Source: Patescibacteria group bacterium (GTDB taxonomy: Bacteria > Patescibacteriota > Minisyncoccia > Ryanbacterales > GWA2-47-10b). From it: 64,000 bases of DNA. Each line of letters starts with the position of its first letter. The stretch's first letter is position 1. The notes under the pieces are model-generated. The model saw only the letters and a list, made by a program, of their open reading frames with translations, was not told where the DNA came from and searched no databases. The DNA is taken from positions 72,815 through 136,814 of the forward strand of contig JBBTSE010000002.1 of the NCBI GenBank assembly GCA_038064855.1, in the 5' to 3' direction. Positions 9,512 through 19,847 of this stretch are shown here, one piece after another. Position numbers and translations under genes: made by a program.

Positions 9512-10354
9512 ATGAAATCCTACGCACCTACAACTCCATCACGCAGGCACATGACTGGTATCAACTACCGGGAAGTTTTGACGCACGGTGCGAAGCCTGA
9601 AAAGAGTTTGACGCAGGGGCGTAAGCGCCATGTTGGCCGCAACAGCGCGGGCCGTATCACGGTGCGTCACAAGGGTGGTGGTCACAAGCGCGTCTATCGC
9701 ATTGTTTCTTTTGCGTATGACAAGCGCGACATTCCAGGCCGCGTCGCTTCTATTGAGTATGATCCAAACCGTACCGCATTTATCGCGCTCGTTATCTACC
9801 CTGACGGTGAGAAGCGCTATGTACTCGCTGGCCGCGAGATGAAGCAAGGGTCAACTATTTTGTATTCTGAAAAAGCTCCCGTAAAGCCGGGCAACGCGAC
9901 CGTGCTCTCACGCATGGTGCCGGGCACCTATGTGTACAATATCGAGTTCAAACCGGGTGGTGGCGGTCGCATGATTCGCTCAGCTGGATCGTCAGCCGAG
10001 GTTGTAGCGCAGGAAGGCCGTACCACGACTCTGAAAATGCCGTCAAAAGAAGTACGCAAGATATCTTCTGCGGTGTGGGGGACGGTTGGCGCGCTTTCAA
10101 ATGAAGAGCATATGTTTATCACAATCGGCAAGGCAGGCCGCTCGCGCTGGCTTGGTATTCGCCCGACTGTTCGTGGATCAGCTATGAATCCTGTCGATCA
10201 CCCGTACGGTGGTGGTGAAGGCGCACAACCGCAAGGTACGCGGCGTCCCAAGAACATGTGGGGTAAGGGTACGCGTGGTGTAAAAACTCGCAACAAGAAG
10301 AAGTACTCACAGCAGTTTATTATCAAGCGTCGTCCAACCAAGCAAAACGGTTAA
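9512..10354 (+). CDS. rplB: 50S ribosomal protein L2
   Basis: EYDPNR, RPTVRGSAMNPVDHPYGGGEG. Confidence 0.99.
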   Translation: MKSYAPTTPSRRHMTGINYREVLTHGAKPEKSLTQGRKRHVGRNSAGRITVRHKGGGHKRVYRIVSFAYDKRDIPGRVASIEYDPNRTAFIALVIYPDGEKRYVLAGREMKQGSTILYSEKAPVKPGNATVLSRMVPGTYVYNIEFKPGGGGRMIRSAGSSAEVVAQEGRTTTLKMPSKEVRKISSAVWGTVGALSNEEHMFITIGKAGRSRWLGIRPTVRGSAMNPVDHPYGGGEGAQPQGTRRPKNMWGKGTRGVKTRNKKKYSQQFIIKRRPTKQNG

Positions 10355-10363
10355 TCTGAAATT

Positions 10364-10705
10364 ATGTCACGATCACTCAAAAAAGGACCCTATATCGACG
10401 CAAAACTTTTGGCCAAGGTCAAAAAACTTCCCGCGAACGCAAAGGCGACGGTTATTAAAACTTGGGCGCGTTCTTCTCAAATCTCTCCTGAGATGATTGG
10501 GAATACATTTGGCGTACATAACGGCAAAGATTTTATCAATGTCACGATTGCCGAAGAAATGGTCGGGCACCGCTTGGGTGAGTTTAGTCCTACACGCAAG
10601 TTTACCCGCCATGGCGGTAAGATGCAGAAAGAAATCGAAGCGGCAGCAAAGGTCAAAGAGCAAGATGCCGCAAAAGCTGTCAAAGCTGGTACCGCTACTA
10701 AATAA
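10364..10705 (+). CDS. rpsS: 30S ribosomal protein S19
   Basis: [20 protein letters not shown]. Confidence 0.99.
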   Translation: MSRSLKKGPYIDAKLLAKVKKLPANAKATVIKTWARSSQISPEMIGNTFGVHNGKDFINVTIAEEMVGHRLGEFSPTRKFTRHGGKMQKEIEAAAKVKEQDAAKAVKAGTATK

Positions 10706-10710
10706 TATAT

Positions 10711-11073
10711 ATGACCAAAGTTCACGCATATCTCAATTCGCTCCGCATCGCACCCCGCAAGGTGCGCTTGGTTACTGATATGGTCAAAGGTATGGATGTG
10801 CGTGTAGCCGAGGTACAACTCCGCTCGCTTCCAAAGCGCGGCGCCGAGCCGATTTTAAAATTGATCCGCAGTGCCGTTGCCAACGCTCGCCACAATGCCA
10901 AGGTTGCCGAGGCGATTCCGCTCGTCATCACTGATTTTCGTGTGGATGAAGGTCGTACGCTCAAGCGCTCGATGCCACGCGCGCGTGGACGAGCGTTTCC
11001 TATCCGCAAGCGCACGAGTCATATTTCATTAACTCTTGAAGCTCAAGAGCCAATGTCAGGAGGTAAAAAATAA
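10711..11073 (+). CDS. rplV: 50S ribosomal protein L22
   Basis: PRKVRLV, PRARGRA, KRTSHI. Confidence 0.99.
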   Translation: MTKVHAYLNSLRIAPRKVRLVTDMVKGMDVRVAEVQLRSLPKRGAEPILKLIRSAVANARHNAKVAEAIPLVITDFRVDEGRTLKRSMPRARGRAFPIRKRTSHISLTLEAQEPMSGGKK

Positions 11074-11074
11074 T

Positions 11075-11734
11075 ATGGGACATTCAGTACATCCATACGC
11101 ACATAGAGTTGGGATCCTTCGTGACTGGCGCTCACGCTGGTTTAACACGAAACAATACACTACTTTTTTGAAAGAAGATGTCACACTTCGCGAATGGTTG
11201 ATGAAAAAACTTCGTGTGCAGATGATTTCTGGTATTGAGATCGAGCGCTCACGCAACGCCATGCAAGTGATTATCCGCACACCCCGCCCCGGTCTTTTGA
11301 TCGGTCGTGGCGGTGAGGGGATTGAGCGTCTCAAAAAAGATATTCACAAAAAGTTTGCCATTAAAGATTTTCGCATCACGATTGAGGAAGTTCGTAATCC
11401 ATTTGGTGACGCCGCATCGGTTGCGCGTCTGGTAGCACAAGACCTCGAAAAACGCCTACCGTTTCGTCGCACACTCAAGATAAACATCCAAAAGGTGATG
11501 ACCTCGGGCGCGGCCAAGGGTATTCGTATCCAAGTCTCGGGCCGTCTTGATGGCTCAGAGATGGGTCGCGTCGAATGGCTTCGTGACGGATCGATTCCGT
11601 TGCAGACCATGCGTGCCGATGTAGAATTTGCCAGAGAGCGTGCCATATTGCCATATGGTACCGTCGGCATCAAAGTTTGGCTGTATAAAGGCGAGGTATT
11701 TGCCGATGATAAGAAAGGACGCAAGGAGAAATAA
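11075..11734 (+). CDS. rpsC: 30S ribosomal protein S3
   Basis: MGHSVHP, RPGLLIGRGG, SGRLDG, GIKVW. Confidence 0.99.
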   Translation: MGHSVHPYAHRVGILRDWRSRWFNTKQYTTFLKEDVTLREWLMKKLRVQMISGIEIERSRNAMQVIIRTPRPGLLIGRGGEGIERLKKDIHKKFAIKDFRITIEEVRNPFGDAASVARLVAQDLEKRLPFRRTLKINIQKVMTSGAAKGIRIQVSGRLDGSEMGRVEWLRDGSIPLQTMRADVEFARERAILPYGTVGIKVWLYKGEVFADDKKGRKEK

Positions 11735-11736
11735 TT

Positions 11737-12150
11737 ATGTTAGTCCCAAAAAAGGTCAAGCATCGCAAATGGCAAAAGGGGCGCTCTCGCAAGCGCATTG
11801 TTGAGACGCGTGGCGTTAAAGTGTCTTTTGGTCAATACGGTCTCAAGGCTGACAGCGCTGCGTGGGTTAACTCGCGCCAGATCGAAGCAGCTCGCAAGGT
11901 CCTTACGCGTTGTATGCAAAAGACTGGCAAGCTCTGGATCCGCATTTTCCCTGACAAGCCAATCACGCGTCGCCCTCCGGAAGTAACTATGGGTGGCGGT
12001 AAGGGTGCGCCTGACCACTATGTGTTTCCTGTGCGTCCCGGTCGCGTACTCTTTGAGGTAGACGGCATGACCCAAGAGGCGGCACGCGAGGCGATGCGCA
12101 AGGCAGGCGCCAAATTACCCGTCAAAACCAAGTTTGTAATCCGCGGGTAA
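11737..12150 (+). CDS. rplP: 50S ribosomal protein L16
   Basis: RQIEAAR, WIRIFPDKP, MGGGKG. Confidence 0.99.
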   Translation: MLVPKKVKHRKWQKGRSRKRIVETRGVKVSFGQYGLKADSAAWVNSRQIEAARKVLTRCMQKTGKLWIRIFPDKPITRRPPEVTMGGGKGAPDHYVFPVRPGRVLFEVDGMTQEAAREAMRKAGAKLPVKTKFVIRG

Positions 12151-12160
12151 GGAGATATAT

Positions 12161-12349
12161 ATGAAAGCAAAAGAATTACGAACAAAGACTGATACTGAAC
12201 TCCTCGATATTTTGAAGACAACCAATCAAAAGATCGCCGAGTCCACTTTTCACCACCTCCGCGCGCGTTCCAAGAATGTCAAAGAGGTGCGTGAATTAAA
12301 GCGAGAACGCGCACGCATTCTCACACTTATGGGAGAGAAAAAATCATGA
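12161..12349 (+). CDS. rpmC: 50S ribosomal protein L29
   Basis: MKAKELR...ARILT; operon order. Confidence 0.95.
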   Translation: MKAKELRTKTDTELLDILKTTNQKIAESTFHHLRARSKNVKEVRELKRERARILTLMGEKKS

Positions 12350-12591
12350 TTACCAAACACATCCAAAAATTAAAAGGTACGGTAGTCTCGGCCAAAATGC
12401 AAAAGACCGTGGTTGTTGAGGTTGCGCGTTTGAAAAAACACCCCAAATATCATAAGTTTATGCGTGTCTCAAAGCGCTATAAGGCGCATATTGAGGACAA
12501 CTCTTTGAAAGAAGGGGACAAGGTCATCTTAATGCCGATTCCTCGTATGTCGCGCGACAAGCGCTGGACAGCGGTAAAGCAAACCACATAA
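12346..12591 (+). CDS. rpsQ: 30S ribosomal protein S17
   Basis: GTVVSAKMQKTVVV, HPKY. Confidence 0.98.
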   Translation: MITKHIQKLKGTVVSAKMQKTVVVEVARLKKHPKYHKFMRVSKRYKAHIEDNSLKEGDKVILMPIPRMSRDKRWTAVKQTT

Positions 12592-12600
12592 GGAGATTCT

Positions 12601-12969
12601 ATGGTACAACCACGATCACTATTGGTAGTAGCAGATAATACGGGTGCACGCATCATCCGTGTATTTAAGGTGCTCGGTGGTACTCGCAAGCGCTATGCGC
12701 GCATCGGCGACATTGTGGTTGCATCAGTACAGATAGCCGAACCCCGCAAACTTCTCAAGAAAAAAGAAATCGTTCGCGCGGTCATCGTGCGCCAACGCGC
12801 ACCATTACGCCGCAAAGACGGCTCGTACATCCGTTTTGATGACAACGCGGCGGTGGTGATTGACGCAAAGGGCGAGCCACGAGGCGGTCGTATTTTTGGT
12901 CCTATCGCGCGCGAGTTGCGTGACCTCGGATACACCAAGATTATTTCACTTGCGGAGGAGGTACTCTAA
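12601..12969 (+). CDS. rplN: 50S ribosomal protein L14
   Basis: [21 protein letters not shown]. Confidence 0.99.
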   Translation: MVQPRSLLVVADNTGARIIRVFKVLGGTRKRYARIGDIVVASVQIAEPRKLLKKKEIVRAVIVRQRAPLRRKDGSYIRFDDNAAVVIDAKGEPRGGRIFGPIARELRDLGYTKIISLAEEVL

Positions 12970-12973
12970 ACAT

Positions 12974-13291
12974 ATGAACACGCTCAAACTCAAAAAAGGC
13001 GATACTGTCGTCGTCATGAAAGGGAAGGACCATGGTAAAAAAGGCAAGATCCTTCGTACCTTTCCCGATCTCGAAAAAGTAGTTGTCGAAGGTGTCAACG
13101 AAAAGATGCGTCATACACGCGCCAAGCGTGGCGGGCAGAAAGGTCAGCGCGTAAAAGTCATCCATCCTGTGTGGGCGGCCAATGTACAAGTACTTTGTCC
13201 CGCATGTAGCAAGGTAACGCGCGTAGGTTTTGAATTACACGAAGGCGTAAAGTCGCGTGTATGCAAGAAATGTAAGGCAAGTCTTTCATAG
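12974..13291 (+). CDS. rplX: 50S ribosomal protein L24 (Zn-ribbon CxxC...CxxC form)
   Basis: KKGDTVVVMKGKDHGK, VEGVN; CPAC/CKKC. Confidence 0.97.
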   Translation: MNTLKLKKGDTVVVMKGKDHGKKGKILRTFPDLEKVVVEGVNEKMRHTRAKRGGQKGQRVKVIHPVWAANVQVLCPACSKVTRVGFELHEGVKSRVCKKCKASLS

Positions 13292-13299
13292 GAGATTAT

Positions 13300-13839
13300 A
13301 TGAAACGAATTTCAGAAATATACAAAGAAAAAGCAATCGCGGCATTCCAAAAGGAACATGGCGTTAAGAGCGTATTTGCCGTTCCCCGTATTCTTAAAGT
13401 GATCGTAAATGCCGGTGTAGGGCGACTCAAAGATGACAAAGAGCGCGAAGACATGGCGCGTTTCTTGGAAATAGTGACCGGCCAGAAACCGCAAAAGCGT
13501 CCTGCACGCATTGCTATCGCATCATTCAAGACGCGCGTCGGCTCGCTGGTGGGCTATCGCGTGACACTGCGTGGCAAACGCATGAATGATTTTCTTGACC
13601 GTTTTGTAGGCTCAGCGATTCCTCGTATGCGCGACTTTCGCGGTATCCCGCTCTCATGTGTAGACGAGCATGGCAACTTGCATGTGGGTATTCGCGAGCA
13701 CATCATTTTCCCTGAGATGATCGGTGAGGATGTGCGCCGTATCTACAGCATTCAGGTATCAGTGGTGACCAATGCAGGGTCGAAGCAAAAAGCTGAAACT
13801 CTCTTTCGTTTACTCGGGTTCCCGCTTGCTAAAAAGTAA
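13300..13839 (+). CDS. rplE: 50S ribosomal protein L5
   Basis: [19 protein letters not shown]. Confidence 0.98.
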   Translation: MKRISEIYKEKAIAAFQKEHGVKSVFAVPRILKVIVNAGVGRLKDDKEREDMARFLEIVTGQKPQKRPARIAIASFKTRVGSLVGYRVTLRGKRMNDFLDRFVGSAIPRMRDFRGIPLSCVDEHGNLHVGIREHIIFPEMIGEDVRRIYSIQVSVVTNAGSKQKAETLFRLLGFPLAKK

Positions 13840-13867
13840 TTTTTTCAGTATACTAGAGCGACCTTAT

Positions 13868-14053
13868 ATGGCAAAAACATCAGTGCGCGTACGCGCAACA
13901 CGCAAACCAAAGTTCTCGACGCGACTCGTTCGCCGATGCTTTCGTTGCGGCCGCAAGCGCGGCTATATGCGTGATTTCGATCTTTGCCGTATTTGTTTCC
14001 GCGAACTTGCCAACGAAGGCATGCTACCCGGTATTAAAAAATCATCATGGTAA
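13868..14053 (+). CDS. rpsN: 30S ribosomal protein S14, Zn-binding type Z
   Basis: [23 protein letters not shown]. Confidence 0.98.
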   Translation: MAKTSVRVRATRKPKFSTRLVRRCFRCGRKRGYMRDFDLCRICFRELANEGMLPGIKKSSW

Positions 14054-14442
14054 GAGATCCACTTTCAGACTTTTTGGTACGCGTGGCAAACGCGCAAGCC
14101 GTTGGCAAAGAATCAACGCTTGTTCCGTATTCAAAATTTTTGTGGGAGGTCTCAAAAATTCTCGAGCAATCTTTCTATATTAAAAAGATCGACCGAAGAG
14201 GCAAGCGCGCAAAGCGTTTTATCGAAGTAACTTTGGCATACAATCCAGAAGGTGAGGGTCGCATTGATGGCATGCGCCGTATCTCAAAGCTCTCACGCCG
14301 TGTGTATCGTGGTGCCGGCGAGATCCATTCGATTAAACACGGGTATGGTGCACAAATTATCTCAACCTCAAAAGGGTTGATGACTGACAAAGAGGCGCGT
14401 AAGGCTCGTGTCGGTGGCGAAGTATTATTTGAAGTTTGGTAA
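14047..14442 (+). CDS. rpsH: 30S ribosomal protein S8
   Basis: [21 protein letters not shown]. Confidence 0.98.
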   Translation: MVRDPLSDFLVRVANAQAVGKESTLVPYSKFLWEVSKILEQSFYIKKIDRRGKRAKRFIEVTLAYNPEGEGRIDGMRRISKLSRRVYRGAGEIHSIKHGYGAQIISTSKGLMTDKEARKARVGGEVLFEVW

Positions 14443-14447
14443 CTATT

Positions 14448-14990
14448 ATGAGTCGTATCGGCAAACAACCCGTAGTACTTCCTGAAGGTGTGACCATCGC
14501 GGTCAGCGCTGGTTTTGTGGAAGTCAAAGGACCCAAGGGTGCGCTCGGGCGCGCACTTCCTTTTGATATTGGTGTCACCGAAGAAAACAAAATCGTGACG
14601 GTCTCGCCATTGCACCAAACGCGCGACGCGCTCAAGCTCTGGGGTACGATGCGCGCGCATATCGCCAATATGGTAAAAGGTGTGACGGTCGGTTACGATA
14701 TCAAGCTTGAGATTGAAGGTGTAGGATATCGCGCGACGCAAAAAGGTAAAGATGTAGAATTAGCTCTCGGGTTTTCCCACCCCGTTCTTTTTCCGGCACC
14801 AGACGGCGTTGATCTCAAAGTTGAGAAAAACACCATTTTGGTGTCAGGTATTTCAAAGGACGCAGTAGGAAAGGCCGCAGCAGAGATTCGTGCGCTCAAG
14901 AAGCCGGAGCCTTATAAGGGCAAAGGCATTCGCTACGCGGGCGAAGTCGTGCGCAGAAAAGCGGGTAAGAAGGCATCGACAGGTGCATAA
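14448..14990 (+). CDS. rplF: 50S ribosomal protein L6
   Basis: MSRIGKQP, GVGYRA, PEPYKGKGI. Confidence 0.99.
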   Translation: MSRIGKQPVVLPEGVTIAVSAGFVEVKGPKGALGRALPFDIGVTEENKIVTVSPLHQTRDALKLWGTMRAHIANMVKGVTVGYDIKLEIEGVGYRATQKGKDVELALGFSHPVLFPAPDGVDLKVEKNTILVSGISKDAVGKAAAEIRALKKPEPYKGKGIRYAGEVVRRKAGKKASTGA

Positions 14991-14993
14991 TCT

Positions 14994-15341
14994 ATGAAAC
15001 AGACACCCAAACAACGCATTGCCAATCGCCACCGCCGCGTACGCGCGAAGGTATCAGGAACTGACGCTCGTCCGCGCCTTGCTCTTTCTCGTTCTTCTCG
15101 CTATCTTCAGGTGCAGATCATCGACGACAAAAAAGGTCAGACGCTCGTCGGTCTTTCTGACATGGCGATGAAGATCAAAGGCACCAAGCAGGATCGCGCA
15201 AAAGCTCTCGGTAAACTTATGGCAGAGAAGGCCAAGGTCAAGGGTATTTCCAAAGTAGTATTTGATCGCGGAGGTTATCAGTATCATGGGCGTGTTCGCG
15301 CGTTTGCCGAAGCGGCTCGCGCGGGAGGATTAGAATTTTAA
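14994..15341 (+). CDS. rplR: 50S ribosomal protein L18
   Basis: RPRL, VFDRGGYQYHGRV. Confidence 0.99.
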   Translation: MKQTPKQRIANRHRRVRAKVSGTDARPRLALSRSSRYLQVQIIDDKKGQTLVGLSDMAMKIKGTKQDRAKALGKLMAEKAKVKGISKVVFDRGGYQYHGRVRAFAEAARAGGLEF

Positions 15342-15345
15342 TTAT

Positions 15346-15873
15346 ATGTCACCACAACCACAACAACGGTCCGGAGGACGACCACCAAACCGACCACGCC
15401 GAGAGCGTCCCGTAGAAGAGGGGCATCATCGCCTTATCGATCTTCGTCGTGTAGCGCGTGTTATGAAAGGCGGTCGCCGCTTTAGTTTTCGCGCGACTGT
15501 TGTCTACGGTGATAAGCTCGGTCGCGTAGGCGTCGGTGTTGCCAAAGGCAACGATACGGCGAAATCAATCGAGAAGGCACTTCGCGTCGCTCGCGCATCG
15601 GTTATTGTCGTACCAATCACCAAATCAAAATCAATTCCATACGAGGTGGAGGCAAAGCTTGGTGCGACGCGGTTGCTTCTCAAACCTGCACGAGAGGGTC
15701 GCGGGTTGGTAGCAGGCGGCCCTATCCGGACGGTGCTTGATTTTGCCGGTATTGAGAATGCGAGCGCGAAACTGTTGTCGCGCACGACCAATAAGCTTAA
15801 CAATGCGCGAGCTGCCATTTTGGCACTCAAACAATTACGACCATATGCAATTACACAGCGTAAAAACGGCTAA
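15346..15873 (+). CDS. rpsE: 30S ribosomal protein S5
   Basis: RVARVMKGGRRFSF, LKPA..G.GLVAGG. Confidence 0.98.
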   Translation: MSPQPQQRSGGRPPNRPRRERPVEEGHHRLIDLRRVARVMKGGRRFSFRATVVYGDKLGRVGVGVAKGNDTAKSIEKALRVARASVIVVPITKSKSIPYEVEAKLGATRLLLKPAREGRGLVAGGPIRTVLDFAGIENASAKLLSRTTNKLNNARAAILALKQLRPYAITQRKNG

Positions 15874-16243
15874 CCCCCGTAAAAAAGCAGTACGCATCGG
15901 ACGCGGCGGTAAGCGCGGTAGTTTTTCCGGCCGTGGTATCAAGGGTCAGAAAGCGCGCGCTGGTCGCCGCATTCGCCCTGAGATGCGCGATGTCATCATG
16001 AAGATTCCAAAGCGCCGAGGTCACGCCGTGTACTTTATCCCGCGCATGCGGATCTCTATCAAACTTTCAGCTATCGCAAAGAAGTTTGGCAAGGGCGAGA
16101 CTATCACTCCCAAAGAGCTCTACAAAAGAGATCTTATCAAGCGCATAGGTGGCAAGATTCCCGCTATCAAAATCGTAGGCCCTGGTACTATTTCAGCGTT
16201 CACAATTAAAGGCTGCGAAATATCAGCTAATCTTCAAAAATAA
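15845..16243 (+). CDS. rplO: 50S ribosomal protein L15
   Basis: RIGRGGKRG, GRGIKGQKAR, PKRRG; overlaps rpsE, so no rpmD. Confidence 0.95.
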   Translation: MQLHSVKTANPRKKAVRIGRGGKRGSFSGRGIKGQKARAGRRIRPEMRDVIMKIPKRRGHAVYFIPRMRISIKLSAIAKKFGKGETITPKELYKRDLIKRIGGKIPAIKIVGPGTISAFTIKGCEISANLQK

Positions 16244-16245
16244 CT

Positions 16246-17505
16246 ATGGCAAATATGTGGCAGGCACTCAAAGACAAGGATTTACGCAGACGCATCCTCG
16301 TCGTGCTCGGATTTTTGGCTTTCTTTCGCTTTCTCGCCATTATTCCTATACCAGCTTTTGATCCACGGATTCGACGCGACCTCTCTGATAGTAACTTTTT
16401 AGGTCTTCTCAATATTTTTTCCGGAGGCGCACTCGACAATGTCTCGATTGTGATGCTTGGCGTCGGGCCCTATATCACCGCGTCTATCATCATGCAGCTT
16501 TTCACTATGATCTTTCCTTCACTCAAAGAGATGTATCAAGAAGACGGGGAGGCAGGCCGCAAAAGGTTCAATCAGTATTCGCGCCTGCTTGCGGTTCCTC
16601 TCGCGTTTCTCCAAGGATACGCGCTTTTGGCGCTTTTGGTACAGCAAAATCAGATTGGTCAGCTGGGTGGTTTTGATTTGTTTACCAATTTGATAGTGGT
16701 TACCGGAGGCGCAATCTTTCTTATGTGGATTGGCGAGGTGGTATCCGAATATGGCATCGGCAACGGTATCTCACTTTTGATTTTTGCTGGTATCGTAGCA
16801 GGCGTCCCCTCGAGTATTGGGCAGACACTTTTTGCCTATGATGCTTCACAATTACCGACTATCCTCGCGTTTTTGATTGCAGCACCCCTCATCATCGCGG
16901 GCACTGTTATCATTACCGAGGCAGAACGACCGATCCCAATCTCGTATACCAAGCGTGTGCGCGGCATGAAGATGTATGGTGGTGTTTCGACCTATCTTCC
17001 ACTTCGTGTAAACCAAGCTGGCGTAATTCCAATCATTTTCGCGATCTCGATTTTACTTTTCCCGTCACTCATCGGTCAGATGTTTGCATCGTCAAAATAT
17101 CCGGCGATCGCGAGTGCGGGAGCCACAATCTTGAACATTGCAAGCAATCAATGGATTTATGGGGGCGTGTATTTCTTGCTGGTATTTTTGTTTACTTACT
17201 TCTATACATCGGTGACATTTGATCCTGACGCCATTTCTTCAAACTTGCAAAAACAAGGCGGGTTCATTCCCGGCATTCGTCCTGGTCCTTCAACCTCTGA
17301 CTACCTTCGCAAACTCATTACACGCATCACGCTTGTCGGCGCACTTTTCTTGGGCGCTATCGCGGTTTTGCCGCTCGCCATGCAAACGATCACCGGTACG
17401 CAAGCGCTCGCTCTTGGTGGTACCGCGCTCCTCATCGTAGTCTCGGTGGTTATTGAAACCATCAAGCAAGTGCGCGCGCAGATGACTCTTCGAGAATACG
17501 ACTAG
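16246..17505 (+). CDS. secY: Preprotein translocase SecY
   Basis: GVGPYITASII, GIGNGISLLIF, IPGIRPG. Confidence 0.99.
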   Translation: MANMWQALKDKDLRRRILVVLGFLAFFRFLAIIPIPAFDPRIRRDLSDSNFLGLLNIFSGGALDNVSIVMLGVGPYITASIIMQLFTMIFPSLKEMYQEDGEAGRKRFNQYSRLLAVPLAFLQGYALLALLVQQNQIGQLGGFDLFTNLIVVTGGAIFLMWIGEVVSEYGIGNGISLLIFAGIVAGVPSSIGQTLFAYDASQLPTILAFLIAAPLIIAGTVIITEAERPIPISYTKRVRGMKMYGGVSTYLPLRVNQAGVIPIIFAISILLFPSLIGQMFASSKYPAIASAGATILNIASNQWIYGGVYFLLVFLFTYFYTSVTFDPDAISSNLQKQGGFIPGIRPGPSTSDYLRKLITRITLVGALFLGAIAVLPLAMQTITGTQALALGGTALLIVVSVVIETIKQVRAQMTLREYD

Positions 17506-17567
17506 ATGCCGTTAAAAACGAGTTCCCATCATTAGTAGAATTCGTTTTTTAAGGGTACTATTGTGAT

Positions 17568-17840
17568 ATGAGTAAAGGTGCGGAGCGGGCAATCTTGTTA
17601 AGTATAGGCATTCTTGCAACCCTCAGCGTTTCTTTTTGGATGGGGTTGTTCGCTAGTATCATCCCGATTGGCACTTCTTTCGGAATATACTTTGCAAGTA
17701 AGGCGTCTCAGTCAAAAGAAAATCCTCAACGAATAAAATATATCGTGCTATTTATTCTTTCCTTGTTATTCATGGTATTGGGCGTAGTGTTCATTGATAT
17801 GTATATTGATACTAATTTTTTAGGACGCAACTTCCCTTGA
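17568..17840 (+). CDS. Hypothetical membrane protein
   Basis: Hydrophobic 90-aa ORF, AT-rich. Confidence 0.6.
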   Translation: MSKGAERAILLSIGILATLSVSFWMGLFASIIPIGTSFGIYFASKASQSKENPQRIKYIVLFILSLLFMVLGVVFIDMYIDTNFLGRNFP

Positions 17841-17870
17841 CAAAAGATTATCTTAAGATAAACTTTGTGT

Positions 17871-18113
17871 ATGAAAACAAATATTGTGGGGTTTAAGGAG
17901 TTACGAGAAGATGCTGATAAATACATCGCTCAAGTTCAAAAGGGGCGATCTTTTGTGGTAGTTCGCCGCTCAAAGCCTATTTTTAAAATGGTTCCTGTTG
18001 ATGAATGGGGCGATGAAGGTGTGTGGGAGACAGTCGCTGATTTCCGCACGCTTCATCCAAAAGGCGTTCCCGCAACCGATGTATTGAGAGTGTTGAAGAA
18101 GCTTCGTGGATAA
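17871..18113 (+). CDS. Phd/YefM-family antitoxin
   Basis: VGFKELRE...V..G.SFVV.RRSKPIFKMVP; precedes RelE-like gene. Confidence 0.8.
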   Translation: MKTNIVGFKELREDADKYIAQVQKGRSFVVVRRSKPIFKMVPVDEWGDEGVWETVADFRTLHPKGVPATDVLRVLKKLRG

Positions 18114-18345
18114 GATTGAAAAGTTTCTACGAAAACTTTCCCAAAAAGAGCGGGAAGTTGTCAATCATATCATCGAAAAAGTGTTATCAAACGATACTCG
18201 TGATCTTGATGTAAAGAAACTGAAAGATGAATACAAGCTTTTTCGTGTACGAAAGGGAAATATCCGTATAGTATTTTTTCAAGACGATTCCGTCACGCGC
18301 ATCGTGTATATTAGGCGTCGTGGCGAGAAGACCTACAATTTGTGA
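18106..18345 (+). CDS. RelE/ParE-family toxin
   Basis: KFLRKL, DVKKLK, FRVRKGNIRIVF, IRRR. Confidence 0.85.
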   Translation: MDKIEKFLRKLSQKEREVVNHIIEKVLSNDTRDLDVKKLKDEYKLFRVRKGNIRIVFFQDDSVTRIVYIRRRGEKTYNL

Positions 18346-18373
18346 AAATACGAGAGCATGCAATACTAGAGGC

Positions 18374-19066
18374 ATGACCCCGCCCCGCCCTGCTGTTATC
18401 ATCTTCATCGGCCCGCCGGGAGCTGGCAAAGGCACACAGGCGACACTTTTTTCTGAATCAAAACCCGGATATCGTCATTTTGACACGGGTCGCGCGATTG
18501 AGCGCGCGCTCTATGATCCAAGGCGAAAAGATGAACCCGAGATACAGCTCGAGCGTGAACGCTTTGAAAAAGGGCTTCTGACAGGTTCGCATTTCAAGAT
18601 GCAGATCATTACTGACGGTATCCAAAAAATAGCACACGAAGGATTCGGTATCATTTTGTCAGGATCTCCGCGCACGAGAGACGAGGCGGAATTTATCATC
18701 CCATTTTTATCAAATCTCTACGGCGATGGGGCTCTGGTGATCGTGCATATCGATGTGCCGGCAGAAGTTTCCATCAATCGTAATTCACGCCGCCGTGTGT
18801 GCAAAAAATGTGGTCAGCCACTCATCTCAAATCCTGAAAATGACGCGATGGATTTTTGCCCCGTGTGCGGAGGCGAACTTATGAAGAGAGTGCTCGACAA
18901 AGAAGATATCATAGAAAAGCGTCTTATCGAGTATATGCGTCACACCAAGGAAATTATCCCCTATGCAGTAGCGCTTGGTGTACAGGTTCTTGATGTATCT
19001 GGCGAAGGGACGCCCGAAGAGATTTGCGAGCGTGTGCAGAAAAAGATTGCAAGTATCAATACATGA
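18374..19066 (+). CDS. adk: Adenylate kinase (Zn-lid type)
   Basis: GPPGAGKGTQA, GSPR, CKKC...CPVC lid. Confidence 0.9.
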   Translation: MTPPRPAVIIFIGPPGAGKGTQATLFSESKPGYRHFDTGRAIERALYDPRRKDEPEIQLERERFEKGLLTGSHFKMQIITDGIQKIAHEGFGIILSGSPRTRDEAEFIIPFLSNLYGDGALVIVHIDVPAEVSINRNSRRRVCKKCGQPLISNPENDAMDFCPVCGGELMKRVLDKEDIIEKRLIEYMRHTKEIIPYAVALGVQVLDVSGEGTPEEICERVQKKIASINT

Positions 19067-19824
19067 AAATAAAAAATGATGCACAACTCGCGAGTCTTCG
19101 AGAAGGTGGTAAGCGCCTTGCCGCGGTTCTTTTAGCCGTGCGTGATCGGGTAGCGCCCGGTGTTACTACTGGTGCGCTTGATTGTCTTGCTGAAGAGTTA
19201 ATAAAAAAATCAGGAGGGACGCCATCGTTTAAAAACTATCAAACCGAAGGGACAAAGATGAAATACCCCGCGACGCTTTGCGTATCAGTAAACGATGAGG
19301 TGGTGCACGGGATTCCGGGCGAGCGGATTTTAGTAGAGGGTGATATTGTAGGTCTTGATATTGGTATGCAGTACGAGGGCATTTTTACTGACACGGCGAT
19401 TACGGTACCCGTTGGCAATATCTCTGACGACAAAAAGAAATTGATCGAGGTTACTCGCCGCGCCCTCGAGCTTGGTATCGGTGTCGTGCATGATGGCGCG
19501 CATATCGGTGACATTGGTGAAGCAGTACAAACCTATGTAGAAGGTGAGGGATTTGGCGTGGTACATGAACTTGTAGGACATGGTGTGGGTGATAAGGTAC
19601 ACGAAGACCCTGAAATCCCCAATTGGGGTGAGCGTGGCACACGCGAAGTTTTATCAGAAGGCATGGTCATCGCGCTCGAACCCATGGTGACTTTGGGTTC
19701 GCCAAAAATCAAAGTGAGCAAAGACGGTTGGGTGTGGTCAACACGCGACAAAAAGCCCGCCGCACATTTTGAACACACTATTTTAGTAACCAAAAACGGC
19801 GCCGAGATTATCACTATTATTTAG
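19063..19824 (+). CDS. map: Methionine aminopeptidase type I
   Basis: SVNDEVVHGIP, GHGVG, LEPM, HFEHT. Confidence 0.98.
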   Translation: MKIKNDAQLASLREGGKRLAAVLLAVRDRVAPGVTTGALDCLAEELIKKSGGTPSFKNYQTEGTKMKYPATLCVSVNDEVVHGIPGERILVEGDIVGLDIGMQYEGIFTDTAITVPVGNISDDKKKLIEVTRRALELGIGVVHDGAHIGDIGEAVQTYVEGEGFGVVHELVGHGVGDKVHEDPEIPNWGERGTREVLSEGMVIALEPMVTLGSPKIKVSKDGWVWSTRDKKPAAHFEHTILVTKNGAEIITII

Positions 19825-19847
19825 GTGTTTGTGTTACGATTAGATCA

